Below are positions 44,383 through 54,055 of a stretch of 64,000 nucleotides of DNA, piece after piece. A model generated the notes under the pieces. That model was not told the origin of the DNA, made no database searches, and was given only the letters and a program-made list of their open reading frames with translations. The position numbers were made by a program, and so were the translations under genes. Source of the DNA: a virus (taxonomy: Duplodnaviria > Caudoviricetes); the IMG/VR virus record IMGVR_UViG_3300017700_000931, positions 32,001 through 96,000 of that record; one strand, written 5' to 3'. Numbering within the stretch: the stretch's first letter is position 1; each line of letters begins with the position of its first letter.

Positions 44383-45051
44383 TTGATTATGGCTTACAGA
44401 GTTGTCTTAACAAAAAATGGTGAATATAAAAAAACCTTGTATAAATCAATAGGTAAAGAAGCGTCATTCATAAATTATCGTGTTTATAAAAAAATGAATG
44501 AAGCGGTATTATTTCCTCGTAAATACATTAATTATAATGGAATCAAAGATGTTCATTATCAAATTCTATTAGTTAAAGATATTGAGGAAGGTGATACCAA
44601 TAGATTTGTTAGGGATTACATGGGTAAAATATACCAAGAACAACCATTAGGTGGGATATGGACCATTTTAGATTCTAGTGAATACAACTTCGAAGAAACA
44701 TTTTGGGTGTTCGGACATGATGCAAAGAATAATAGACTTACAATCCATGATATCATTAAAAAATTGATGGTAGGTGTTAACAAACATAAAATGGTGAAAC
44801 AAATACTAGTTGTTCATAACAAATTAATTATTCACTCCGAAGAGGAATTCGAAATGATTATTTGTAAGAACAACATTGATGCAAAACGACTACATGATGC
44901 ACTATTTATGGCAGCTAGAAATGGTAGAATTAAAAGCCTCTTATTTTTAGGTAATGCGAGTCCGGCAACAATTAGTTCGATGTATGAAATCATACACGAA
45001 AAAACAAAATGGCCTTTAACCAAAATTAGACGAACATCTACACGCCCTTAA
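44383..45051 (+). CDS. hypothetical protein
   Basis: 222-aa ORF. Confidence 0.7.
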   Translation: MIMAYRVVLTKNGEYKKTLYKSIGKEASFINYRVYKKMNEAVLFPRKYINYNGIKDVHYQILLVKDIEEGDTNRFVRDYMGKIYQEQPLGGIWTILDSSEYNFEETFWVFGHDAKNNRLTIHDIIKKLMVGVNKHKMVKQILVVHNKLIIHSEEEFEMIICKNNIDAKRLHDALFMAARNGRIKSLLFLGNASPATISSMYEIIHEKTKWPLTKIRRTSTRP

Positions 45052-45280
45052 TCAATAATAATTTTTTCTTGCGTGATAATTTCTTTATTTGATATTCAAC
45101 TTTGGATGCTTCGGACCTATTGGGTTGTTCCCAATATGCCTTAAGGACAACCGGACATCTACTTCGTGTATATTTAGCTCCAGTACCATTATTGTGGGCC
45201 CCAATACGCTTTTTTAAATCATTGGTTATACCAGTGTATAGTGTTCCATCAGAGCATTCTACAATATAAACAAACCACAT
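45038..45280 (-). CDS. GIY-YIG nuclease (YhbQ-like)
   Basis: VYIVEC.DGTLYTGIT..RI..HN.G.GAKYTR..E..IKKL. Confidence 0.9.
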   Translation of the reverse strand: MWFVYIVECSDGTLYTGITNDLKKRIGAHNNGTGAKYTRSRCPVVLKAYWEQPNRSEASKVEYQIKKLSRKKKLLLIKGV

Positions 45281-45282
45281 AT

Positions 45283-45909
45283 TTATTCCTCCTCTAAGGT
45301 TGATTCAATTGTATCGATAATTTCTTTAGATACTCGATTATATTCTTCAACATCAGGATAATTTAAAATATTGATTACCCCAGTATATTTTCTTAATTTC
45401 TGATTAATATAATCAGCATTTTCAATCATATCATAAATTTTAATAACTACTTCATCCATCTGTCCTTCTATTTGTGTAAACTCTGGTAATAGAATTCTAT
45501 TACCATAAAATTCTCTAGATTCCATTTCATGTGTGACAATTATTTCACCAAGTTTTAGATAATCATCAAATTCTATTCTATATCTACCAGCTATAACTTG
45601 ATGGCCAGAACCATCAGTTTGTATGTATTCTAAAGTATCTATTAACGGACCCAATTTAGAATGCATAAATAATTTATTAGCACCACCTTTTAACGTATTT
45701 CTATGAATATATGCAGAAAGTTGGTTTATTTTAGTGATTAGAGTTTGATTCCAATCACTTTGAGAAATACTATGAGGGTCATATTTATCTCCACCATTAT
45801 AGTCCCAATCAAGAATTAAATTATCTTCAAATTGTGTTAAATCTTCTGGATAAACATATGTAATACAACCAGTATTATCTACAAGTCTTAATTTAGGCAT
45901 CTTTTTCAC
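45283..45909 (-). CDS. protein containing a major-capsid-protein-like fragment
   Basis: WDYNG..Q.DWNQTLITKINQLSA.IHRNTLKGGAN..LEY..GRY. Confidence 0.6.
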   Translation of the reverse strand: MKKMPKLRLVDNTGCITYVYPEDLTQFEDNLILDWDYNGGDKYDPHSISQSDWNQTLITKINQLSAYIHRNTLKGGANKLFMHSKLGPLIDTLEYIQTDGSGHQVIAGRYRIEFDDYLKLGEIIVTHEMESREFYGNRILLPEFTQIEGQMDEVVIKIYDMIENADYINQKLRKYTGVINILNYPDVEEYNRVSKEIIDTIESTLEEE

Positions 45910-46225
45910 CTATTTCAATTTCGTTATCAGGATTATCCTTTCCTTCATCAGCACCTTGACCAATGTCTAAGAAATTTTCAGCAATATTATCAACCATTCT
46001 CATGATTTTAGCCATTTTAGTTGGTTCTATTTGAACCGGATTGATGCATTCGACTCTTTCTTCACCATCAGTAGGTAAGAAGAAAGCCATGGCGTTTGCT
46101 TCTCTCATTGCAATCATTCTATCAACATGCTCCGCAAAACCAGTTGCAATAGCTCTATTGGAGAGTAATTCTCTATCCAAATAAAAAACTAAAATTAGTG
46201 GATATGATTTATTAATTTCTGACAT
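45893..46225 (-). CDS. hypothetical protein
   Basis: ATG at 46225. Confidence 0.6.
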   Translation of the reverse strand: MSEINKSYPLILVFYLDRELLSNRAIATGFAEHVDRMIAMREANAMAFFLPTDGEERVECINPVQIEPTKMAKIMRMVDNIAENFLDIGQGADEGKDNPDNEIEIGEKDA

Positions 46226-46472
46226 AATTTTCTTCGATTTGTTTAATGTTATTTTGATGTTCCTCATAAGAAATTATGTGAACAGGTAAATCATTACCAT
46301 ATTTAGCTTGGGAGTCTTTGACTGCTGCATTCATGAAGATATCTCCACACGTATTTATACATGATACGGCAATATCATCATTGGTCATTACATAGACCAA
46401 ATATTCTGGAATGGTGTCTTTATTATTGATTGAGCTTCTAAGATTATCAATGTGCTTTATTACGATTTTCAT
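46212..46472 (-). CDS. hypothetical protein
   Basis: 86-aa ORF. Confidence 0.55.
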   Translation of the reverse strand: MKIVIKHIDNLRSSINNKDTIPEYLVYVMTNDDIAVSCINTCGDIFMNAAVKDSQAKYGNDLPVHIISYEEHQNNIKQIEENYVRN

Positions 46473-46581
46473 TCTGTTTTTTTATTTTAGAATTTGTTAT
46501 GATTCAAATCTATTTAAAACAAATGAAATAGTAAACAACAAAAAAGGTCTAACTTTAAAGTTAGACCTTATATTGTTGCAA

Positions 46582-46737
46582 TCTCAGAATACGGGGGCTT
46601 TTTAATTCCAAACCCAGTTAGGAACGATGGTTTTTTTGTTGAGCTAGATGCCCGATTTTGTAGGTACCAATCAAAACCTACTTTCTGTAGAATGTATCAA
46701 TTTGTTTTTTTACAGTTGCAGAAAGTATTCTTCTAGA
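46582..46737 (-). ncRNA. candidate ncRNA (AGAAGAAT..CTGCAA / ATTCTG stem family)
   Basis: TCT-AGAA-GAATAC-TTT-CTGCAA ... GTATTC-TG-AGA, between a hairpin and a terminator (46540-46569). Confidence 0.55.
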
Positions 46738-46789
46738 TAGCGTAAAAACCGAATGGGTATCAACCTAAATCAATACCCATTCATTATTT

Positions 46790-48220
46790 TTAAATTGAAA
46801 CTGCCGAGTAACGGTCAGCACCAATAATATTCATCATCATTGAATAAGGGTTTAAATCCTTACCAGACAATAGACTTGTCAATAATGCCGGACTGAATCC
46901 AGATACTAACGCAGTTCCATTTTTATCGTGTTGAACTGGTTTATTTTTATCACCATGTGATTTAATATTCCAGAATACGATTTTTGGTAAAACGTAACCA
47001 GCTTCAGTATACATGTTTTCAATCATTTTAATGGCTGTTGCATTATAACGAGTACATGAATCAAATTCCATATCACTAAGGATTAGAATCATTGTTGGCA
47101 TTTCTTCAGCCGGAACTGAATGTTTAACCGCTTGGGTTAGAACTGTCTTAAATGCAGCTTCCAAATTAGTATTCATATCCCATTGTGCTCTGGATAATTG
47201 ATTACATCTTTCGGACAATTTACCTTTAAGAATTTGCAATTCTGGACGAGCCGAGAATGTCAAGAACGCATCTTTGAACAAACCAACGTTTCTCTCAGAG
47301 ATATACAATCCAAGTGATAATGCAACATCCATTGCACTAACATTTGGGTTATTACCTGCCGCAGTACACATTGAACCAGATACATCCACCATTGGTAGAA
47401 CTCTTTCTTCATTTCCAGACATATAGTTTGGAAGTGCGTTCCATTGTGCATCAGCTCCCCTAGCATTACCATTTCTAAGGTTCTTAATAATATCATAAGG
47501 GTAGACAGCACCAGCATTAATCTTTGTTTCACCTTTTTCAAGTGAATTCAAATACTCAGTGAATCTAGCATGGTCATTCTTACCAAATGCTTTCATGTAA
47601 TCAGACATCGCTTTAGATGGAACGTGAGCATAATTAATAGCTTGCCATTCTTTAGCACACATTAATTGTTCTACGGTTTTTGACAACCCGACAATCAATT
47701 TTCTATAGTCCTTTGGAGCTAACTTAAGATAAGTTCTAATTGCATTAGCTTGTTTTTTGTTAGCACGATTTTTTCCATTACCTCTTGGGCACCATTTAGC
47801 GCACAATTGATTTCCGGCTGACAAACCTTTAGAGATTAATTCTAGTGCATCCTTTTCCAATTCTGTACCAATTAATTCTACAACATCTGACCATCTTCCA
47901 TATTCTGGAATTAGGTGAATGTTTTTTCTCATGACTTCAGTATGGTTATTAGCCAAGTGTGTCATGATATCAATTGCTGTTTGTCTTTCACCAGCACCAC
48001 CTCTAACATCTCTTACCCAGAATAAGATTTTCATTGCAGTCAATGCATCTTCTGAATAAGCTTTTATGAAGGCGTTAATTTTTCTTTGTTTTTCAGCACC
48101 CCTTACGGCACCAATCATTGAAAATAAATCCACACAGTGGTTAAGGGTTGAGGAATTTGTAGACATTCCATTTTGAGTCACTGAATCCTCAGTTCTCATA
48201 GCATTTAATAATTTGCTCAT
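46790..48220 (-). CDS. DUF2828-type TROVE/Ro60-like protein with vWA domain
   Basis: NGM..STL..CVDLF, RDVRGGAGER, YGRWSD, AKWCPR, VDVSGSM, FLTFS, LSDMEFD, VFWN, SGFS. Confidence 0.8.
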   Translation of the reverse strand: MSKLLNAMRTEDSVTQNGMSTNSSTLNHCVDLFSMIGAVRGAEKQRKINAFIKAYSEDALTAMKILFWVRDVRGGAGERQTAIDIMTHLANNHTEVMRKNIHLIPEYGRWSDVVELIGTELEKDALELISKGLSAGNQLCAKWCPRGNGKNRANKKQANAIRTYLKLAPKDYRKLIVGLSKTVEQLMCAKEWQAINYAHVPSKAMSDYMKAFGKNDHARFTEYLNSLEKGETKINAGAVYPYDIIKNLRNGNARGADAQWNALPNYMSGNEERVLPMVDVSGSMCTAAGNNPNVSAMDVALSLGLYISERNVGLFKDAFLTFSARPELQILKGKLSERCNQLSRAQWDMNTNLEAAFKTVLTQAVKHSVPAEEMPTMILILSDMEFDSCTRYNATAIKMIENMYTEAGYVLPKIVFWNIKSHGDKNKPVQHDKNGTALVSGFSPALLTSLLSGKDLNPYSMMMNIIGADRYSAVSI

Positions 48221-48319
48221 TGCGTTAAAGTTTTAAAATAAATTCGTTATATTGAATTTCAGCGTGGTACAAAATTACTATTTATTTTTTAAATGGCAAG
48301 TCTTTTTGAAAAAAAATTT

Positions 48320-48883
48320 TTAATATTCTTGACCTCCAAACATTTCACCATTAATGTCTGAATCATAAGTTGTTGTTGTAAATGTAAAATAGTGATTAAT
48401 GGCATCATAAGTTGTTGTTCCGAATTCAAATCTAAATAAAACACTCCCAATATTATAAGGTCCATATAATGTTTCTGGACATCCTTGTGAATCAGTAGTG
48501 TTTAAATGAATTATCATGGTATAATAACCATCTTCTTCCATATTATTACCATTTATTAAGTCATCACTAGTAAATTTCAATGTTGGTTCTGAAAAATTAA
48601 TATCATTAGGGTGTAAAACTAATGTATTAATTTTAATCCCACTAATATATTGGTCTATGACAATGCTATCTAAATCTTCAACAAACGCATTCGTTTTGAC
48701 AGCGAATTTAATTCCACCAGTTGTTTCAGTAGTATCAACTGGTGGCACAGTGGTTGTGTCAACCGGAGGTGGAGTATCAGTAGTATCAACCGGAGGTGGG
48801 GGTGGTGGAGGACCAGCATCTTTTTCACAAGAGGTAAATCCAAGACCAACAATCATCACAAACAAAAAGATTAAATTTTTCAT
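48320..48883 (-). CDS. lipoprotein with poly-Pro/VDTT repeats
   Basis: LGFTSC-EKD; PPPPPPVDTTDTPPPVDTTTVPPVDTT. Confidence 0.75.
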   Translation of the reverse strand: MKNLIFLFVMIVGLGFTSCEKDAGPPPPPPPVDTTDTPPPVDTTTVPPVDTTETTGGIKFAVKTNAFVEDLDSIVIDQYISGIKINTLVLHPNDINFSEPTLKFTSDDLINGNNMEEDGYYTMIIHLNTTDSQGCPETLYGPYNIGSVLFRFEFGTTTYDAINHYFTFTTTTYDSDINGEMFGGQEY

Positions 48884-48941
48884 AATTTTTATTATTAATT
48901 TATACAAATATAAGTATTAATTTTCAATCCACCAAATTTTT

Positions 48942-49133
48942 TTAAGAATTTATTAGTTCAATCAATTTAACATTTAATAAATCAATCTTTCTTTGGTTCT
49001 CATCAATTTGTTTTTGAATGTTTGGTGGAATATTACCAGCATACTCACTTTTAAGTTTGGAGTTATTCTTTTCTAGTAAGCTACCTTGATTTACATAATC
49101 ATCGTATAATGCTGCTTTTTGGTCATTTTTCAT
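48942..49133 (-). CDS. hypothetical protein
   Basis: 63-aa ORF. Confidence 0.55.
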   Translation of the reverse strand: MKNDQKAALYDDYVNQGSLLEKNNSKLKSEYAGNIPPNIQKQIDENQRKIDLLNVKLIELINS

Positions 49134-49625
49134 TTAATTAATTTTTATAAACCATGCATTTATGGTTGTCGCCGAGTTTTGTATATCTTCAAACTCAATG
49201 TTATTTATTACCTCATCCTCGAAAAAATACATTCCAAGTTGGCCAGAATAGTGACTACCACCAAATGGGGCAAAGAAGTATAGGCTCAAATCCTTATTAG
49301 TTGAACCAGTAATATTACTCAATTGGTAATTTCTAACACCCCCATTATTAAGTGTATAATGAGTATTGTCTACGAATTTTATTGTATCATTTGGGAACTC
49401 AATATTGAGTGGTGAAAAAACCACCTTTGTTAGAACCCATTCAGTACCAATTAATTCATTAACTGAACCACCGGACCCATTGGGTAACGTACCTCCGTTT
49501 GTATAGTCATCAGACCATAGTGTTGAGTCTATTTCCTCTTCAGGGACATCAATATATGGGGGTAATTCTTTTTCACACGAAATGAAAATAAGGCTTAAAA
49601 CTGTAAATAAAAGTAAATTTTTCAT
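49134..49625 (-). CDS. lipoprotein
   Basis: LIFISC-EKE. Confidence 0.75.
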   Translation of the reverse strand: MKNLLLFTVLSLIFISCEKELPPYIDVPEEEIDSTLWSDDYTNGGTLPNGSGGSVNELIGTEWVLTKVVFSPLNIEFPNDTIKFVDNTHYTLNNGGVRNYQLSNITGSTNKDLSLYFFAPFGGSHYSGQLGMYFFEDEVINNIEFEDIQNSATTINAWFIKIN

Positions 49626-49697
49626 AATTAGTTGGTTTTAATGTACTACAAATATAATACAAATAAACCAATAATCCTAATTATTATAATAATATTT

Positions 49698-49922
49698 TTA
49701 CTGACCTTCTAAAATCTCCTCAATCATGCCGATGATTTCTTTAGACATTCTGTAGTATTCATCATCTTCTCTGGCCTCTATAAACATTTCTGCTGCTCGT
49801 TCACAATAACAACCCTCACACATGAAATGGTAAGACATCCTTGGTCCACCAATTATATGTGTTTCACAGAAATTGCAAAGTTCATCTTGGTCAATTTCTT
49901 CCTCGATTTCTTCATCCATCAA
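49698..49922 (-). CDS. hypothetical Cys-rich acidic protein
   Basis: CxxC..CxxxxC. Confidence 0.5.
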   Translation of the reverse strand: MMDEEIEEEIDQDELCNFCETHIIGGPRMSYHFMCEGCYCERAAEMFIEAREDDEYYRMSKEIIGMIEEILEGQ

Positions 49923-50320
49923 TTATTTTTATTTAAATTGGCTTGGATTATGAATTCCTTATGGACGGCATCTCGATACATATCTCGGTCTCCGGTGACA
50001 TTATTTCTTTCATAACATCTGGTACAAGTGAGTTCTCCTTTATTAATGACGAATGGCCAATCTGTTACAAATTCATTTTTACAACTCGGACATGTTTTCG
50101 TTTCTGGCTTTTCAGCTAGAACTTGAAATGGGAATTTGTTTGGGATTGCATCGATTCGTTCATCAACCCAAACAAAACCCTCTTTACAGGTTCTTACTTT
50201 GTGTATTGAACCATGGTTATATAAATCACAATGTTTATTGTGCTCACTGGATATCATTTGAATTAAAAATGGTGGACTCAATGTTCTACCAACACGTTTT
50301 TCGTTCTCTTCTTGATTCAT
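49919..50320 (-). CDS. hypothetical zinc-finger protein
   Basis: CPSC..CTRC. Confidence 0.5.
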   Translation of the reverse strand: MNQEENEKRVGRTLSPPFLIQMISSEHNKHCDLYNHGSIHKVRTCKEGFVWVDERIDAIPNKFPFQVLAEKPETKTCPSCKNEFVTDWPFVINKGELTCTRCYERNNVTGDRDMYRDAVHKEFIIQANLNKNN

Positions 50321-50925
50321 AATTTTTTCTTTTGATTTTCTAACCACGTTTTAACATACTGGGTTCGGTGGTATGAACAAATACCATGTTTTAAAATACC
50401 CTCACCATGTTTTTTGCAGTAATAACCCTTACTACCATTGAAATTATATTGTGGGTGTATCTTATGGACCTTAGTCATGTAATCATCACGACTAACCTTA
50501 GCTAAAATAGATGCGGCAGCGATTGATAAAAATGTATTATCACCCTTCACCACACAAGTATAAGGAACGTTGTTCCAATCAAGCCATTGGTCGCCATCAA
50601 TCAATAAATGTGTTGGTTTAACCGATAAGTTATCCAAACACTTATGCATTGTTAAAAAAGTAGTGGCATTAATACCCTCTGCATTAATAAGCTTAGCTGA
50701 ACCAGCCTGTATTGAATATGTAATGGCATTTTCAATGATAATTTCATATGCTTTTCTACGTTTAGTTTCTGTTAATTGTTTTGAATCAATTATTAATTTA
50801 TGTTCAAAGTCTGGCGGAAAAATCACAGCAGCAGTCACTACTGGTCCAGCAAAACAGCCTCTACCTACTTCATCCAAACCAGCAACATATCTGATGCCAC
50901 TTTCTCTGGAATAATTTCTAAGCAT
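50317..50925 (-). CDS. rnhB: ribonuclease HII
   Basis: AGLDEVGRGCFAGPVV, DSKQL, LLIDG, KGD..IAAASILAKV.RD. Confidence 0.95.
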   Translation of the reverse strand: MLRNYSRESGIRYVAGLDEVGRGCFAGPVVTAAVIFPPDFEHKLIIDSKQLTETKRRKAYEIIIENAITYSIQAGSAKLINAEGINATTFLTMHKCLDNLSVKPTHLLIDGDQWLDWNNVPYTCVVKGDNTFLSIAAASILAKVSRDDYMTKVHKIHPQYNFNGSKGYYCKKHGEGILKHGICSYHRTQYVKTWLENQKKKL

Positions 50926-51124
50926 AAAATTTTTTAAGTTTTGGTTTTATAGAATCATTACCCAATGACTCCAAATCCGGTTTCTCAACAATAGGTAATG
51001 TATTTCTGATAAATTCTCTAAAATCAGCATCAGATAGCTTATCATTGTCAACATTAGCCATTACAGTTCCAATAAAATTTTTTGCTGGAACTTTCCAATT
51101 ATTTGGTGTTTTATTATCACTCAT
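50918..51124 (-). CDS. hypothetical protein
   Basis: ORF; TATCTTTG at 51130-51137. Confidence 0.6.
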   Translation of the reverse strand: MSDNKTPNNWKVPAKNFIGTVMANVDNDKLSDADFREFIRNTLPIVEKPDLESLGNDSIKPKLKKFYA

Positions 51125-51148
51125 AATCGCAAAGATATGAATAATTAT

Positions 51149-51400
51149 TTAACTTTCCAAATCATATGTGAATTTGGCTCCCTTTTTAATAAATTTAACC
51201 AATATCCCACCTAGTTCTATTTCAAAGACTTCTTGATGCTCAAAACCTACTAAACCACCAGTTAATTTGATGCATAATTCTTCATCCAATTGTCTGTGTC
51301 TAATTTCATCTAATTCATAGATAAGTGTAAGACCAACTTTATCAATTTGGTCGTTATCCACGATATTGCTTATTGTTTGTATGATTTTTTCGTATGTCAT
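51149..51400 (-). CDS. hypothetical protein
   Basis: 83-aa ORF. Confidence 0.6.
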   Translation of the reverse strand: MTYEKIIQTISNIVDNDQIDKVGLTLIYELDEIRHRQLDEELCIKLTGGLVGFEHQEVFEIELGGILVKFIKKGAKFTYDLES

Positions 51401-51401
51401 T

Positions 51402-51728
51402 TTAAAATTTTGTAAATATGCTTTTAAACCAAGTAAAAAATCGTTTTATTAAGGATGGTTTAATGATTTTAACCCTATTTGGGTTTTCTTTGATTTTAGT
51501 CCCCAGACCAGTTTTTAATTCATTAATAAATCGCTCTTTGGCTAAATCAGTTTTTATTTTAGTGGATTTAATATCTGATTCAATCATATCATAACTTTCA
51601 CGACTAGCAATTTCTTCTTCTTTCTCAATTTCATTAATCAATTTTCGTTGTTTAACACCATTGACAGCTAATATCTCATGAATGCTCATATAACCATTTT
51701 CAATACTATAATCCTTTTTGTTCGCCAT
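51402..51728 (-). CDS. hypothetical protein
   Basis: 108-aa ORF. Confidence 0.6.
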   Translation of the reverse strand: MANKKDYSIENGYMSIHEILAVNGVKQRKLINEIEKEEEIASRESYDMIESDIKSTKIKTDLAKERFINELKTGLGTKIKENPNRVKIIKPSLIKRFFTWFKSIFTKF

Positions 51729-51729
51729 T

Positions 51730-52128
51730 TTATTTCAACAATTTATCAATCTTATCAATGATATTCGGATATAAAGGTTCTGGTAGATTGCTTAAATCAC
51801 ACCAGATATAATCCAAATTTTCATAGTCCAATGTAGGTATAAATTCATTATCAGTCAAGCCTTCATAATAATAAAACTTACCATTTCGCTCATTTTCGTC
51901 ATGAATTCTAGTAAATTCAATAATATTTGGGTCTATTTGACACTCTTCATAAATTTCTCGTTTAAGACCTTCTAAAACATCTTCACCATCATTTATTCCA
52001 CCACTAATTAATCCCCAAGTTAGTGGATGAATCGCATTTGGATTTCTTAACATCAAAAACACCCTATTAGTATCTTTAGCTTTCACTAAAACACCAGCAA
52101 ATTTATCTTCAGTCCTTTTTTCCATCAT
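51730..52128 (-). CDS. Nudix hydrolase
   Basis: WGLISGGINDGEDVLEGLKREIYEE. Confidence 0.85.
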   Translation of the reverse strand: MMEKRTEDKFAGVLVKAKDTNRVFLMLRNPNAIHPLTWGLISGGINDGEDVLEGLKREIYEECQIDPNIIEFTRIHDENERNGKFYYYEGLTDNEFIPTLDYENLDYIWCDLSNLPEPLYPNIIDKIDKLLK

Positions 52129-52193
52129 TACTTTATCTATAAATATTTACTTATTATCACCAAATCTGTAAGTTTAAAATAAAACATTTACTT

Positions 52194-52538
52194 ATGGTAT
52201 CTTTATTAATTTTTATTCTAGTTGCTTACGGAGCAAGCAATATTATGGTTTTTAGTTCAATTTTCAGTAGATTTAGGGAACTAGTTGGGGTGAACCGAGA
52301 TAATCCACCGTTTTTTGGTAAATTATTTGGTTGTATGATGTGTCTACCTTTTTGGTGGGGAATCATTTTATCACTATTTTTATTTTCACCAACGCTTAGT
52401 ACAAATTTAATGAAAAATATCGATATTTTCGAACTATTTACCATTAATAAAATTATTTTAAGCACATTTTTTGATGGATGTTTAGCATCCGGGGCAGTAT
52501 GGTTAATTCATACAATTCAAGAGAAATTAGAAAAATAA
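52194..52538 (+). CDS. membrane protein (DUF1360-like)
   Basis: TM segments; LFGCMMCLPFW. Confidence 0.65.
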   Translation: MVSLLIFILVAYGASNIMVFSSIFSRFRELVGVNRDNPPFFGKLFGCMMCLPFWWGIILSLFLFSPTLSTNLMKNIDIFELFTINKIILSTFFDGCLASGAVWLIHTIQEKLEK

Positions 52539-52564
52539 TAAAGGCCCCATTGGGGCCTTTATTA

Positions 52565-53215
52565 TTAAATAGCTAGTTTTTCGTCAACACATACTGGGCA
52601 TACTTCATCACCAATACATTTACATACTAATTCTGGTTCCGTATAATCTTCCAATTCTATAGAGCCCTTTGGTGGTAATTCTATTTTTTGATTCCCTACC
52701 TTAGCTCTATTAGGAATTTTTTTTTGTGATACTTCTTCAGTTGGTTTTTTGACTTCAATTGGTTTGTCCTCAACAATATTTTCGATTGGGGCTGGGTCAA
52801 CATCAGAAATTGTTATTTCGTTATCAAAGTCATTCGGCATAATATCAGGAATTAATTTTTCCCCACCAAGGACAAACTTCATACCCAATAATTTGTTTAA
52901 TGAATTTTTTTTGAAAACTTCTTTCAATTCTTCGGTTTTAACCTTTAGTAATTCATACTTTTTTTCTCTTTCGATGTTGATATTAATTACTTGTTCGATA
53001 AAGTCTAATACATCGTCTAAACCTAGGTCTTCTTTTTCAGTATAAAACATATAATAATTTAAGTCCTTATCTTCGCCCTTTACTGCACTAACAAGTTTAG
53101 ATTGTGGAACCCCCCAACCATCCTTAAATACAACATCAACTACCGCTGTTCCATTTGCAAATCGCATTTGCAAAACATATGGTTGTAATGATTTTATTCT
53201 TTGTTCAAAATTCAT
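52565..53215 (-). CDS. hypothetical protein
   Basis: ATG at 53215; C-terminal C.C..C..C. Confidence 0.65.
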   Translation of the reverse strand: MNFEQRIKSLQPYVLQMRFANGTAVVDVVFKDGWGVPQSKLVSAVKGEDKDLNYYMFYTEKEDLGLDDVLDFIEQVININIEREKKYELLKVKTEELKEVFKKNSLNKLLGMKFVLGGEKLIPDIMPNDFDNEITISDVDPAPIENIVEDKPIEVKKPTEEVSQKKIPNRAKVGNQKIELPPKGSIELEDYTEPELVCKCIGDEVCPVCVDEKLAI

Positions 53216-53225
53216 AATTAAATTT

Positions 53226-53396
53226 TTATTCGCCTGATTGTGGCTGAGTAGGTTTTTTTGGCTCAATAGCAATTCGTAAAGTTTGTAAAGCAACACTTAC
53301 GCTAGCAGCCTCATCAATAGATGTTAATATACCACCATTTGCGATGCAAAGATTTGATACATTTTTTAAAATCTGTAATGCTTGTTCTGGATTCAT
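53226..53396 (-). CDS. small hypothetical protein (not in ORF track)
   Basis: MNPEQALQILKNVSNLCIANGG..., 56 aa. Confidence 0.55.
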   Translation of the reverse strand: MNPEQALQILKNVSNLCIANGGILTSIDEAASVSVALQTLRIAIEPKKPTQPQSGE

Positions 53397-53411
53397 TTTT
53401 TTTAGTAATTT

Positions 53412-53618
53412 TTATATTGTTATTCCTGTGAATATACTAGATATCATATAGGCTAAAGATAAGCCCAAAAATATTAAAGATGTTGTACCCATTCGATATT
53501 TAATTGGTGTTTCTTCATCCGATTTAACCCATGCTTGAATAAAATAATACGCATGTCTAATAACGTTAAGGGTACTTAACACAAATACCATCACTAATAT
53601 TTTGTTTATAATTTCCAT
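53412..53618 (-). CDS. small membrane protein
   Basis: Two TM segments. Confidence 0.55.
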   Translation of the reverse strand: MEIINKILVMVFVLSTLNVIRHAYYFIQAWVKSDEETPIKYRMGTTSLIFLGLSLAYMISSIFTGITI

Positions 53619-53622
53619 AGTA

Positions 53623-53796
53623 TTAATTCTTATTCGCTTGTGAGATTTCGATTCTCATTTCTTGTGCTACTCGTTTAATTTCTTGTAAACCTTTTCTAAC
53701 TCGCACTCCGGCTATTTTAGTTCCTTTTTCAAAAAATTTTTCTGAATCTGCCTCAATTGAAGCAATTAATTGTTTTAATTCATTAAGCTTTTCCAT
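53623..53796 (-). CDS. histone H1-like (Hc1-family) protein
   Basis: EKFFEKGTKIAGVRVRKGLQEIK, typical Bacteroidota Hc1-like pattern. Confidence 0.75.
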   Translation of the reverse strand: MEKLNELKQLIASIEADSEKFFEKGTKIAGVRVRKGLQEIKRVAQEMRIEISQANKN

Positions 53797-54016
53797 CTTG
53801 TTCTATGTTTTTTTCATTTGTTATAGGCAAATATGTTTTCCATTTATTCACCATTAGGTCATTTTTTACGAGATTATCTAAGGCAACCTTAATTTGATTA
53901 ACTTTATCTGGTATATTACCATTTAGATTGATTACTCGCTCTAACTCTTCTTCTAACTGTAATCTGTCATTGACTAAGTCAGTTAATACAATATTGAATA
54001 TGTTAAATGCATCCAT
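53783..54016 (-). CDS. hypothetical protein
   Basis: 77-aa ORF. Confidence 0.55.
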   Translation of the reverse strand: MDAFNIFNIVLTDLVNDRLQLEEELERVINLNGNIPDKVNQIKVALDNLVKNDLMVNKWKTYLPITNEKNIEQDGKA

Positions 54017-54055
54017 GATAGGGTAATAATACTAGAAGTATTTTAAAAATAAAGT

